Virus record (IMG/VR): IMGVR_UViG_3300020195_000158
Coordinates: 1 to 24,971 of that record
Source: a virus
Taxonomy: Duplodnaviria; Caudoviricetes
DNA: 24,971 nucleotides
Reading direction: 5' to 3' (one strand)
This document shows, in pieces, positions 17,631 through 24,971 of the stretch (its first letter is position 1; every line of letters begins with the position of its first letter). The notes below the pieces were generated by a model. That model did not search any database. It was not told where the DNA came from and worked only from the letters and a program-made list of their open reading frames with translations. A program made the translations under genes and the position numbers.

Positions 17631-17731
17631 GATTTGCAGAACCAGATAAGCAAGCCCACCAGCACGGCAGAGACAAGGAAGAACGGCCAGAACTCAACCG
17701 GCGGGTGTGGGGAAGACCAGTTCCAATTCAC
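17627..17731 (-). CDS. 34-aa single-TM micro-protein (not in ORF track)
   Basis: MNWNWSSPHPPVEFWPFFLVSAVLVGLLIWFCKS; GTGA and ATGA overlaps exactly bridge the neighbours. Confidence 0.6.
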   Translation of the reverse strand: MNWNWSSPHPPVEFWPFFLVSAVLVGLLIWFCKS

Positions 17732-19611
17732 GCCGACCGCACCTTGCGCCGGCTAGTGGACTGCATTGCCACCAAGGGCGCACGTTTCCGCCATTCTTTC
17801 TCGTCGGACTCCCGGGCCGACCAGCCTTTCTGATACGTCTCATCCACGTCGGCCTTACCGAGATCCGGGTGCATGTGTTCCACCACCGACTCGAGGCACG
17901 GCGTGAACACCCCCCGGGCCTTCGCGAGTTCGACGATCTCGACATCCGTGTAGAAATGCCGGTAACCCTCATGGGCGACAAGCCCGTCGAGGCTGGCACC
18001 ATGTTCGGCAACATACGAACGCCGAACGAAGAAGTGGTCGGCGTGCGCGCCGGCCTTCACCCGTGGGTTACCAACCTCCGGGTTATCAGAATCGTTCGTT
18101 CCGATAACGTCGAAGGTACCGGACAGCCGCCGGGCCTCATCAATCCAGCCGGCATGGAACCGGACGTCGTCACCGCAGATGAACACCCACGGCGCCTCAG
18201 TCTGCTCGAACCCCGAGTTGACTTTCTGGGCGAACGACCCACCACGATCCGAGTACAGGTACTCGCCACCCGCCGCCTTGATCGCTTCAATCTCTTCGCG
18301 GTCGTCCTTGTCGACAATGAACCACAGAGACGCCACACCCTTCTGGGATGCGTTGAACGACTCGACGAGAGGGGCGACATTGCCCGGCCGGTTCAGGACC
18401 GGGACCAGAACGTCCACACCGTTGATCGAAGGAATAGGTTCACGCTTCAACTCGATTGAGGGTTGCCCGTCGAGCTCAGCGAGGATCGGCACCCAACACT
18501 CATCGAACACCTTCGCGGTGTCGTACTCTGCGGCCTTCGCTATCGCCGCCGCACGATTCTCTACGGAACCCCGCTCGGTGTACGACTGCTCGAGCGCATC
18601 AATCAGCGCCGGGATATCCGCCTTGATAGTCGTCGCGGTCTGCGCTGCATCCCACTCAGGGAACCCGAACACTTTCCAACCCGCACCCACCAGCTCAGGC
18701 TGCGCAGAAAAGTCCGTGACGATCACTGGCGTCCCACACGCCTGAGCTTCGATCAGAGGGATACCGAACCCCTCACCACGGGAAGGGGCGAGAAGAACGT
18801 CGGCGGCGCTGTACGTGGCAACCAGATGCTCCTGCGGGATGAACCCGCACCGGTAGGCATACTGATCGCAGAACTTGAGCTGATGTTCAGGGATGCCCGC
18901 GTGGACAGCCAGGTCAATGAGGTTGATACCACCGGCATGCCCGCCAAGCTGTTCGGCATGGACGTACAAGAGGGCATCGGGGTGGTCTTTCGCGAACTGC
19001 CCGAACGCCCAGAACGCCTCCGGGTAGCCCTTCCGGTGGAAATGCCAGCCCTTGTTCATGCCGTTGATCATCACAACGAACCGGTCGTCGTCGAGACCAC
19101 ACGCATTCTTCGCATCATCAAGCGGGCGGAACACTTGCGTGTCGACCGTCAACGGTGCGTAAAGCGGGTCGAGACCAGACTTGCGGAGCAGGTCTTCACC
19201 CCACCGGGACATTGCGATCGGTACCGCACCCGACTTCTTGAAGAACTCCAAACAGCCGGACGGCAACGGGAAATGATCGACCGGCGTCCACGCAGCGACG
19301 TTGAACTGCGACAACATCTCAGCCGATGGGATCAGGCCGAACACATCCATGATCGGGATGATCCAACCCCCGAGAGGGTCGCCGTTGAACCAACGGATCG
19401 CATGCTCATGCAGGATGTCGTTTCCGTACGACTCACCCGCAGCGGGAAGGACAGGGATGCCCTCCCACTCACCCAGCCCGGTGGGCTGGCCGTAGTACGC
19501 GGAGATCGCAACTTCATGCCCCGCGGCTTTCAACGACCGTGCGAGATGAGCAGTTGCGACACCGTACCCAGTCGGCGAGTTCGGACTGTTGCTGTGCAAG
19601 AGGACGCGCAA
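17728..19611 (-). CDS. Two-domain glycosyltransferase: N-terminal GT-B (GT4-like) plus C-terminal GT-A (GT2-like)
   Basis: PTGYG N-loop and SRGEGFGIPLIEAQACGTPVI (EX7E); VLVPVLNRP, ICGDDVRF, FYTDVE, VEHMHP. TTG start 8 nt after GGAGG. Confidence 0.9.
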   Translation of the reverse strand: MRVLLHSNSPNSPTGYGVATAHLARSLKAAGHEVAISAYYGQPTGLGEWEGIPVLPAAGESYGNDILHEHAIRWFNGDPLGGWIIPIMDVFGLIPSAEMLSQFNVAAWTPVDHFPLPSGCLEFFKKSGAVPIAMSRWGEDLLRKSGLDPLYAPLTVDTQVFRPLDDAKNACGLDDDRFVVMINGMNKGWHFHRKGYPEAFWAFGQFAKDHPDALLYVHAEQLGGHAGGINLIDLAVHAGIPEHQLKFCDQYAYRCGFIPQEHLVATYSAADVLLAPSRGEGFGIPLIEAQACGTPVIVTDFSAQPELVGAGWKVFGFPEWDAAQTATTIKADIPALIDALEQSYTERGSVENRAAAIAKAAEYDTAKVFDECWVPILAELDGQPSIELKREPIPSINGVDVLVPVLNRPGNVAPLVESFNASQKGVASLWFIVDKDDREEIEAIKAAGGEYLYSDRGGSFAQKVNSGFEQTEAPWVFICGDDVRFHAGWIDEARRLSGTFDVIGTNDSDNPEVGNPRVKAGAHADHFFVRRSYVAEHGASLDGLVAHEGYRHFYTDVEIVELAKARGVFTPCLESVVEHMHPDLGKADVDETYQKGWSARESDEKEWRKRAPLVAMQSTSRRKVRSA

Positions 19612-19643
19612 GGGGAAAGCCTCCGGGGGAGAAGGAATGGGGG

Positions 19644-19769
19644 CCTATAACGGTTCTCGGCTCGGAGCCGAGAACCGTTATAGGGAAGTGCCCGGGCGCG
19701 CGGTACGGAGCCCGCACGCCCGGGCTGACTCACGTCGCTTCCCCTGGGGCGACGTGAGTGACTCACTCA
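19644..19769 (-). terminator. Three tandem strong hairpins after the capsid stop (terminator/attenuator or structured RNA)
   Basis: 11-bp stem 19728-19759, 14-bp stem with one G-U 19690-19725, perfect 20-bp inverted repeat 19644-19684. No U-tract. Confidence 0.55.
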
Positions 19770-19773
19770 GGTG

Positions 19774-21102
19774 CTAGAGGAGCTGCTGAAGCACCTTGAT
19801 CGCGTTCGTGTCGACCAGGTCCGAGTCCGTCCGGATGATACCGCGAAATCCCAGTTCATCGGTGTCAAAGTATCGCTCGTCCGACCGCTCGAATCGGAAG
19901 TTGCCGACGTCACGGATGTAGTACGCCGAGAAGTCACCGAACGCCACGGTCTTCACCGCGGAGCCCTGCGTTCCGAAGTTCACATCAGTGAAAACGGGCG
20001 AACCGAGGATCTGGCCGGCCGGTCCGAGTGCCCTAAGGCCTTCGAACGTGGACGTCGGAGTCCACATGTACGCACCGAGCGTGCCGGAGCTTCCGTCACG
20101 CAGCTGCGCGAGCGAACCGGCGGTCTGCCGGTTCATCACGAAGACTCCACGGTTCGCGTATTCCTCAGCAACCGAGTACTTCAGTTGGATGAGCGGGTTC
20201 GCCGAGTTCGTGAACGACGCCGCCGCACCGCCACCAAGAGCGATGAGCGAACCACCGGTCTTCGCACCGACGTTCGCTGCGGTAAGAACCCCGTTCGGCT
20301 GACCCGAACCACTACCCACCGCGTACGCGGTGTCAGTGATACGGCCGACAGCACGACCGATGTTCTCAGCAACGAAGCCGAGAAGATCGAAGCCAGTGTC
20401 GACAGCCATCGTGTTCGACACCTGAACGATCTGACCGTACCGGAAGTCGTCGAGACGGATCGTCCCGAACACCGGGTCAGTTCCACCGATCACGGTGCCC
20501 TGGGCGATGACCTGCGTACCGACACCATGAGTGACGACACGCGGGATCGTCCACGCGCCACCCGCATCAGAGGTCAGCACACGGCTGATCTGACGGATAG
20601 CGGACGACTCCTCGATGAACTGGTACAGCTGGTTCAGGAACTGGACCGGAACCTCGAGGGAACCACCGGACGCACCACCATCGGTGTACAAGGCGCGGGC
20701 CTCGTTGACGTCCATGCCGTTACGGACCTGCCGCATGAAGTTCGCGGACGGCTTCAGGTCAACATCGAAGGACTTACGTCCCTCGGTGCCGGCGACGCTG
20801 CCACGGAACCAGTCTTCGACAGCGTTCTGCTTGCGCTGACCGGTGGCCTTGTCTTCGGGAGAAACGATCGCGTCGAGGATCGCACGGGACTTACCGGCGT
20901 CCTGCTCACGTTCCTGCGTCTTCATCCAATGGTCGATGACCGTGGAGAGGCCTTCGTAGTCCGCGTCCATGCGGGCGAGCTTCTCGTTCTCTTCGCCGGA
21001 CGGGAGCATGCCGGTCTCTGCGATCCGGTCGAGCTCATTGCGCTGCTGCGAGACGACGTTCGCGCGCTGGGCGAGAAGGTCGTTGATGTACTTGGTATCC
21101 AC
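19774..21102 (-). CDS. Major capsid protein, HK97 fold with N-terminal delta domain
   Basis: GGSLEVP, GSGSGQPNGVL, VMN...LRD...Y.W, ILGSPV, FGDFSAY, F..D..GFR...R.D; SD GAAGGAG. Confidence 0.97.
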   Translation of the reverse strand: MDTKYINDLLAQRANVVSQQRNELDRIAETGMLPSGEENEKLARMDADYEGLSTVIDHWMKTQEREQDAGKSRAILDAIVSPEDKATGQRKQNAVEDWFRGSVAGTEGRKSFDVDLKPSANFMRQVRNGMDVNEARALYTDGGASGGSLEVPVQFLNQLYQFIEESSAIRQISRVLTSDAGGAWTIPRVVTHGVGTQVIAQGTVIGGTDPVFGTIRLDDFRYGQIVQVSNTMAVDTGFDLLGFVAENIGRAVGRITDTAYAVGSGSGQPNGVLTAANVGAKTGGSLIALGGGAAASFTNSANPLIQLKYSVAEEYANRGVFVMNRQTAGSLAQLRDGSSGTLGAYMWTPTSTFEGLRALGPAGQILGSPVFTDVNFGTQGSAVKTVAFGDFSAYYIRDVGNFRFERSDERYFDTDELGFRGIIRTDSDLVDTNAIKVLQQLL

Positions 21103-21207
21103 TTGGATACTCCTTCTATGAAATCGGATTTTTGGATACGCGCGAGGTGGCCCGTCAGGGCCGGCGTCGTGCGGTTGAGTGGTGCCCCCCGTGGAGGGAC
21201 CGGCTCA
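21095..21207 (-). promoter_or_regulatory. Structured capsid 5' leader
   Basis: Two GCCG-[hairpin]-CAC units and a GTATCC-AAGT-GGATAC hairpin over the start codon. Confidence 0.45.
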
Positions 21208-21960
21208 GATTTCGCGTTCCAGGTCACGCACCCTTTGGACACGTGCAAGGAATCGGGAAACTTCGGCCGGGTCGAGCGCAGGCGTCACAGCCGCAGCACG
21301 AACCTCGGCAAACAGACCATCAAGGGAACGATGAGCGCGGACAGCCAGATCGAACTGGTCGTCCGACGCCCCACCGTTACGGATCGCTTCGAGCGCCACG
21401 TCGAGCTCGACGTAATCCACACCACCAAGCGAACGGATCGACGCGGACGTCGCAGGGTTCGCCCCGTACGTCACGACCGACACATCGCCACGAGCGAGAG
21501 ACACCTCAGTGATGTCACGTTCCGTGTAATCCTCGTTCCATTCTTGGCGCACAACCCGGAACGCGAACGACATTTCGTTCAAGTCGCCGCGCTGCATCTT
21601 CTTCTCGATGCGCGCAACATCCGGGTCAGACGGCTCCAGGGACGCCTCAACCAGCAGACTGGGGTTAGTGGACAGCTTCAACGTCCCCGACGTTGTACGA
21701 GCCAACGGGAGGCCCTCATGGTTCACCAGGAGCACAACGTCCGGCTTCTCTTTCAGGGTCTTGTCGAACGCACCCTTACGGATCGTTTCGGAGAACTCCC
21801 CGAACATGTCCCGCACCTCGTACGGGTTCTCCACCACCGACGCCTCACCACGAAGGGTGAGCGTGTCGCTGTCATCGTCAGCGCGGAGCTCGAGCTCGTC
21901 GAACTCCCACCGTCGAACCTCGCGCGCAACGGACTCAGCCCGCTTCGAAATGTCATTCAC
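21205..21960 (-). CDS. HK97-family prohead protease
   Basis: FSETIRKGAF, LLVNH, LARTTSGTL, MSFAF, VSVVTYGANPAT. Confidence 0.95.
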   Translation of the reverse strand: MNDISKRAESVAREVRRWEFDELELRADDDSDTLTLRGEASVVENPYEVRDMFGEFSETIRKGAFDKTLKEKPDVVLLVNHEGLPLARTTSGTLKLSTNPSLLVEASLEPSDPDVARIEKKMQRGDLNEMSFAFRVVRQEWNEDYTERDITEVSLARGDVSVVTYGANPATSASIRSLGGVDYVELDVALEAIRNGGASDDQFDLAVRAHRSLDGLFAEVRAAAVTPALDPAEVSRFLARVQRVRDLEREI

Positions 21961-23203
21961 CGGTCATATCTCCCGCGTTCGGATCGGCCACCGGGAGGGG
22001 ATCCGGCATCTGGACTTCGTTAGCGATCGCCGTGTCGATCATGTTCAACGGCTGCAAGTACGTGCCGCCCTCATCACCCGGGATCGGCTGCAAATCTTCC
22101 CAAGCACGGATCTCATCGGCGGACAACCAGCCGTTCTGCCGGCCGATCGCGTACGACTCGTAACGGGTTTTGATATCCGCCCGGAGGAACGAGTTCATGT
22201 TGAACCGGATGAACTGGCCGCGAGGAAGGAGCCGGGTGTCGGCCTGCTCGAGCCTGACCGTCCACGGCGTCAACGTCCGCTTCGCGAGGTTCAACGACTG
22301 CGCTTCGATACCCTGCCCGCCGCCCTGCGACGCGTTGTTCGTGATGTGCTGAACCTCATGTGGGGGGACACGAAACCACCGGCAGATTTCCTCGACCTGG
22401 AACATCCGGGTCTCAAGGAACTGTGCGTCAGACGGGTTGATCATCGTCTGATTCCACTTGGTGCCACCGACAAGCACGACCGGCTTCCCGGCGTTTTGCG
22501 TACCGGCATGCCGGGCCATGAACTGCTCACGGAGCCGTTCGATCACGTCACCGTTCGTCTCGGGCGGCATGTCGGGAACCTCGAGCACACCGCTGGGGGC
22601 GATGCCGTTCTCGTACAAGGCGTTCCCGGTCTGCTCTGCGGACAGTGAAAGACCCAACGACTGCCGTGCATAGCCGATAACTGATAGTCCGAGCACGCAA
22701 CCAGGGAGCCGATAGCCGGGGATGTGTTGCAGGTTGCCGGCCGGAAGGGGCTGCCCATCGTAGAAAAACTGTCCGAATTGCGTCCCATTCGAACGCCATT
22801 CGACCCGATCCGGGTTCAAAGGCCACCGTTCAACAACCGGAGCCGAAGGATCCGACGAATTTGACTGCCGGATCAGCATCGAATAGGCGTTACCCCACCC
22901 GATGAGCGACATGACGCGTTGCGTCTCGAAATCAATGCGACTATCACGCGGATTCGGGGCATCCACCCACCCCGGAGCCGTAGTAGGCGTCCGAATGTCG
23001 CCCTGTTTGCGGTACGTGTCTGCCGGCATCGACGCAATCGAATCCGCGATCAACGTCTCACAAGCCCACACCGTCGACAGCCGCAACGCCGACGACTCAG
23101 TGACGTTCGTGCCCGTACCAGCCGGGGAGAACCACGAACCCGAACCCCAGTCGCTGAACGCGCGTTCTTCCTGCTTGCGGCGCAGCGCCGGAAACAGTTT
23201 CAC
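21953..23203 (-). CDS. HK97-family portal protein
   Basis: ALRLSTVWAC..LIA..IAS, GNAY, PLNPDRV, DAQFLETR.FQVEEICR.FRVPP, DEIRAWEDL.PI. Confidence 0.97.
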   Translation of the reverse strand: MKLFPALRRKQEERAFSDWGSGSWFSPAGTGTNVTESSALRLSTVWACETLIADSIASMPADTYRKQGDIRTPTTAPGWVDAPNPRDSRIDFETQRVMSLIGWGNAYSMLIRQSNSSDPSAPVVERWPLNPDRVEWRSNGTQFGQFFYDGQPLPAGNLQHIPGYRLPGCVLGLSVIGYARQSLGLSLSAEQTGNALYENGIAPSGVLEVPDMPPETNGDVIERLREQFMARHAGTQNAGKPVVLVGGTKWNQTMINPSDAQFLETRMFQVEEICRWFRVPPHEVQHITNNASQGGGQGIEAQSLNLAKRTLTPWTVRLEQADTRLLPRGQFIRFNMNSFLRADIKTRYESYAIGRQNGWLSADEIRAWEDLQPIPGDEGGTYLQPLNMIDTAIANEVQMPDPLPVADPNAGDMTGE

Positions 23204-23343
23204 CCGTCACTCAGATACAAACCGACCACAAACCCTGCCATCGACACACAAACCACACCCGCAGCGACAGACACCAGGAACCCGCCGGCCACGAGACCGA
23301 CAAGGCCCACCACCTGAAGCACCGAAGCGACAAGATTCCGCAC
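23200..23343 (-). CDS. 47-aa two-TM membrane protein between terminase and portal (not in ORF track)
   Basis: MRNLVASVLQVVGLVGLVAGGFLVSVAAGVVCVSMAGFVVGLYLSDG; GAGGAG SD 5 nt upstream, GTGA overlap with portal. Confidence 0.75.
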   Translation of the reverse strand: MRNLVASVLQVVGLVGLVAGGFLVSVAAGVVCVSMAGFVVGLYLSDG

Positions 23344-23352
23344 CCGCACTCC

Positions 23353-24768
23353 TCAAAGAAAGACAACACCCGGAGGTGTACGAGCCGGCTCGGGGGCCTG
23401 ATCATGCGCCCACTTGGCGAGCGTCACCGCGACCAGCGGTGAGATATCCACGTTCGAAAGGCGACGGGACCACAACCAGGAGTCGCCGTGGAACTTGCGG
23501 TCCGCGCCATCAACCGCGACAGTCAGATTGGGTTGGCCGAGATGCCGCAACGTGCCTTGCATGACAGCGTCATAGAACGCGCCGCACGCCTGGGCATGGT
23601 CGCTGTTCGATACCTCAAGCACCCGGACACCTGCCGCCTCGAGCTCCACGAGCAACGACGCTGCAGGGGAACCCGCCGACACGGCGAGGACGCCACCCCA
23701 CTTGTCTTGCAGATCCTTGGCCCTGGCGACCAGCCAATCGGTGCCCGGCTCATGGTCAGTGATCTCAACGTGTGTCCCACCGGCACCAGCAGCACCAGCA
23801 ACAGCGAACGCACCACGATCACGTGACGGTGTGACATCAAGACCGAACGCGACTGGCCCGACCGGACCAGATTTCAGGTCCACACACTCGGACCACTTCA
23901 CCGCGGGGATCACCCGATCCCCCGCGTTCTCATCGGGGTTCCAATGCCCGAGACGTTCCCGGGCGAACTCGTCGCCCAGCGCCCCACGTTCCATCTCAAC
24001 GAACTCTTCGGAGATGCGGATACCCAGCGCCGGGTTCGCAGCCGACCACGACACCGGATCAGCCTGATCGCAATCCATGTCAGCGCAGAACTCGAAATAT
24101 GCGAGCGACCCGGCCCCATCCGCCCGGCCACGCCGGCAGAACTTCCGCAACACCGCCGAAACCTGCGTCTGCAACGGAGCCGACGACGTATACCAAATCT
24201 GCGGGTTCCTGCGGGCCGACATCGTCGGCAACAGGGCCGCCATCGCCTCCGGACTGAGGTTGTACGCCTCATCCAAAATGATCGTGTCGCCCGAAAATCC
24301 ACGACCAGACCCAGTCGACCGGGCCACGAACCGCAGGCGTTGCCCCGTCCGCAGCTCGATTCCTTCCTCACCATGCGACGTACGGACCCGATGAATCCGC
24401 TTCTCAAGGTCAGGATTCGACTGGAACAGATGCAAAACCCGCCGGAAAGCCTCCGCGGCGGTCTTGAACTCGTGTGCCGAATGAAGGATCAACTCCTCAC
24501 CGAACAACACCAGGCCAGCGAGCTCCCGGGCCTCGAGGATCGAACCTTTCCCGTTCTGGCGGGGCACAACCAGCCCCACCTCGAACGCCGACCACCGGCC
24601 ATCCGGCCGCTCGCCGAGCGCACCCTCAAGCACTGACGCCTGCCACTCGTCGAGCACCAGGCCCGACATTGCGGCTAGCTCAACTGCTTCCAGACCCGCC
24701 GACGACACCGCCTCCGGCACCCTCCGGTACCGAGGCCCGACGGTTCGCGCGTCGATCAGCGAGGTCAT
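23353..24768 (-). CDS. terL: Terminase large subunit
   Basis: VPRQNGKG Walker A, IILDEA Walker B, YTSSA coupling motif, ANPALG, GLDV and DISPLVA nuclease motifs; ATG 24768 preceded by GGAG. Confidence 0.95.
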   Translation of the reverse strand: MTSLIDARTVGPRYRRVPEAVSSAGLEAVELAAMSGLVLDEWQASVLEGALGERPDGRWSAFEVGLVVPRQNGKGSILEARELAGLVLFGEELILHSAHEFKTAAEAFRRVLHLFQSNPDLEKRIHRVRTSHGEEGIELRTGQRLRFVARSTGSGRGFSGDTIILDEAYNLSPEAMAALLPTMSARRNPQIWYTSSAPLQTQVSAVLRKFCRRGRADGAGSLAYFEFCADMDCDQADPVSWSAANPALGIRISEEFVEMERGALGDEFARERLGHWNPDENAGDRVIPAVKWSECVDLKSGPVGPVAFGLDVTPSRDRGAFAVAGAAGAGGTHVEITDHEPGTDWLVARAKDLQDKWGGVLAVSAGSPAASLLVELEAAGVRVLEVSNSDHAQACGAFYDAVMQGTLRHLGQPNLTVAVDGADRKFHGDSWLWSRRLSNVDISPLVAVTLAKWAHDQAPEPARTPPGVVFL

Positions 24769-24952
24769 CCGTCTCCGACTTCGACAAGGCCGGCAGGCCA
24801 TCCAACTTCACGAGGACATCCGCCAACTGCTTCGCCAACGGGGCCGACTCACCCGGCACCGCGGCACGCAACCTCTCCACCAGCACCACCCGCAGGGCAC
24901 CAAGAGACGCCCTCAGATCCCCAGCCAGCAACTCGTCCTCAGGCACGCTCAC
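24680..24952 (-). CDS. terS: Putative terminase small subunit
   Basis: Small helical protein upstream of and overlapping terL; APLAKQL...DDLADRRANR pattern seen in actinophage TerS. Start could be 24946. Confidence 0.65.
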   Translation of the reverse strand: MSVPEDELLAGDLRASLGALRVVLVERLRAAVPGESAPLAKQLADVLVKLDGLPALSKSETDDLADRRANRRASVPEGAGGGVVGGSGSS

Positions 24953-24971
24953 ACCTCATGGAGAGAGAAAT

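Larger units (their letters stand above)
1..24971 (-). mobile_element. Tailed phage (HK97-like siphovirus) structural and lysis region; phage or prophage
   Basis: Canonical terminase-portal-protease-capsid-connector-tail-tape measure-lysin order on one strand with coupled genes. No integrase, att site or host gene in the window, so prophage versus free phage cannot be decided. Confidence 0.97.

Noticed and set aside
19644-19769. Hairpin cluster as CRISPR array, tRNA or hairpin-telomere site
   Set aside because: No repeated unit with spacers, no cloverleaf with T/D loops, and no protelomerase in view; cutting here would split the late operon.
19771-22023. 750-aa plus-strand ORF
   Set aside because: Antisense shadow of capsid and protease in high-GC DNA; Arg/His/Val-rich with no motifs.
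23211-23405. 64-aa minus-strand ORF in the track
   Set aside because: A different frame (23200-23343) has an SD, a GTGA overlap and a coherent two-TM product.

Overview
The whole window is the virion-morphogenesis/lysis arm of a high-GC, HK97-type siphovirus (phage or prophage; gene style suggests an actinobacterial host, which is inference). All credible genes lie on the minus strand and most are coupled by 1-4 nt stop/start overlaps. Reading right to left: terminase small and large subunits, small membrane protein, portal, prohead protease, major capsid protein, a structured intergenic region, then a six-gene insert (GT4+GT2 fusion glycosyltransferase, two micro-ORFs, GT17-like glycosyltransferase, two Methyltransf_24-like methyltransferases), head-tail connector, tail terminator, tail tube, HK97 gp10-like protein, tail assembly chaperone with a -1 frameshift, tape measure, LamG-containing tail-tip protein, C1q-like minor tail protein, amidase endolysin, membrane protein, a metallophosphoesterase/DUF1599 insert, holin, BppU-like protein, and a >1015 aa tail fibre with an SGNH hydrolase domain that runs off the left edge and is missing from the ORF track. 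The best candidate for a new system is a virion glycosylation plus glycan O-methylation cassette wired into the head operon, together with an excess of Gly-Thr/Gly-Ser motifs in the capsid and tail tube that may be the acceptor sites. All family assignments come from motif recognition by eye; no searches were run.
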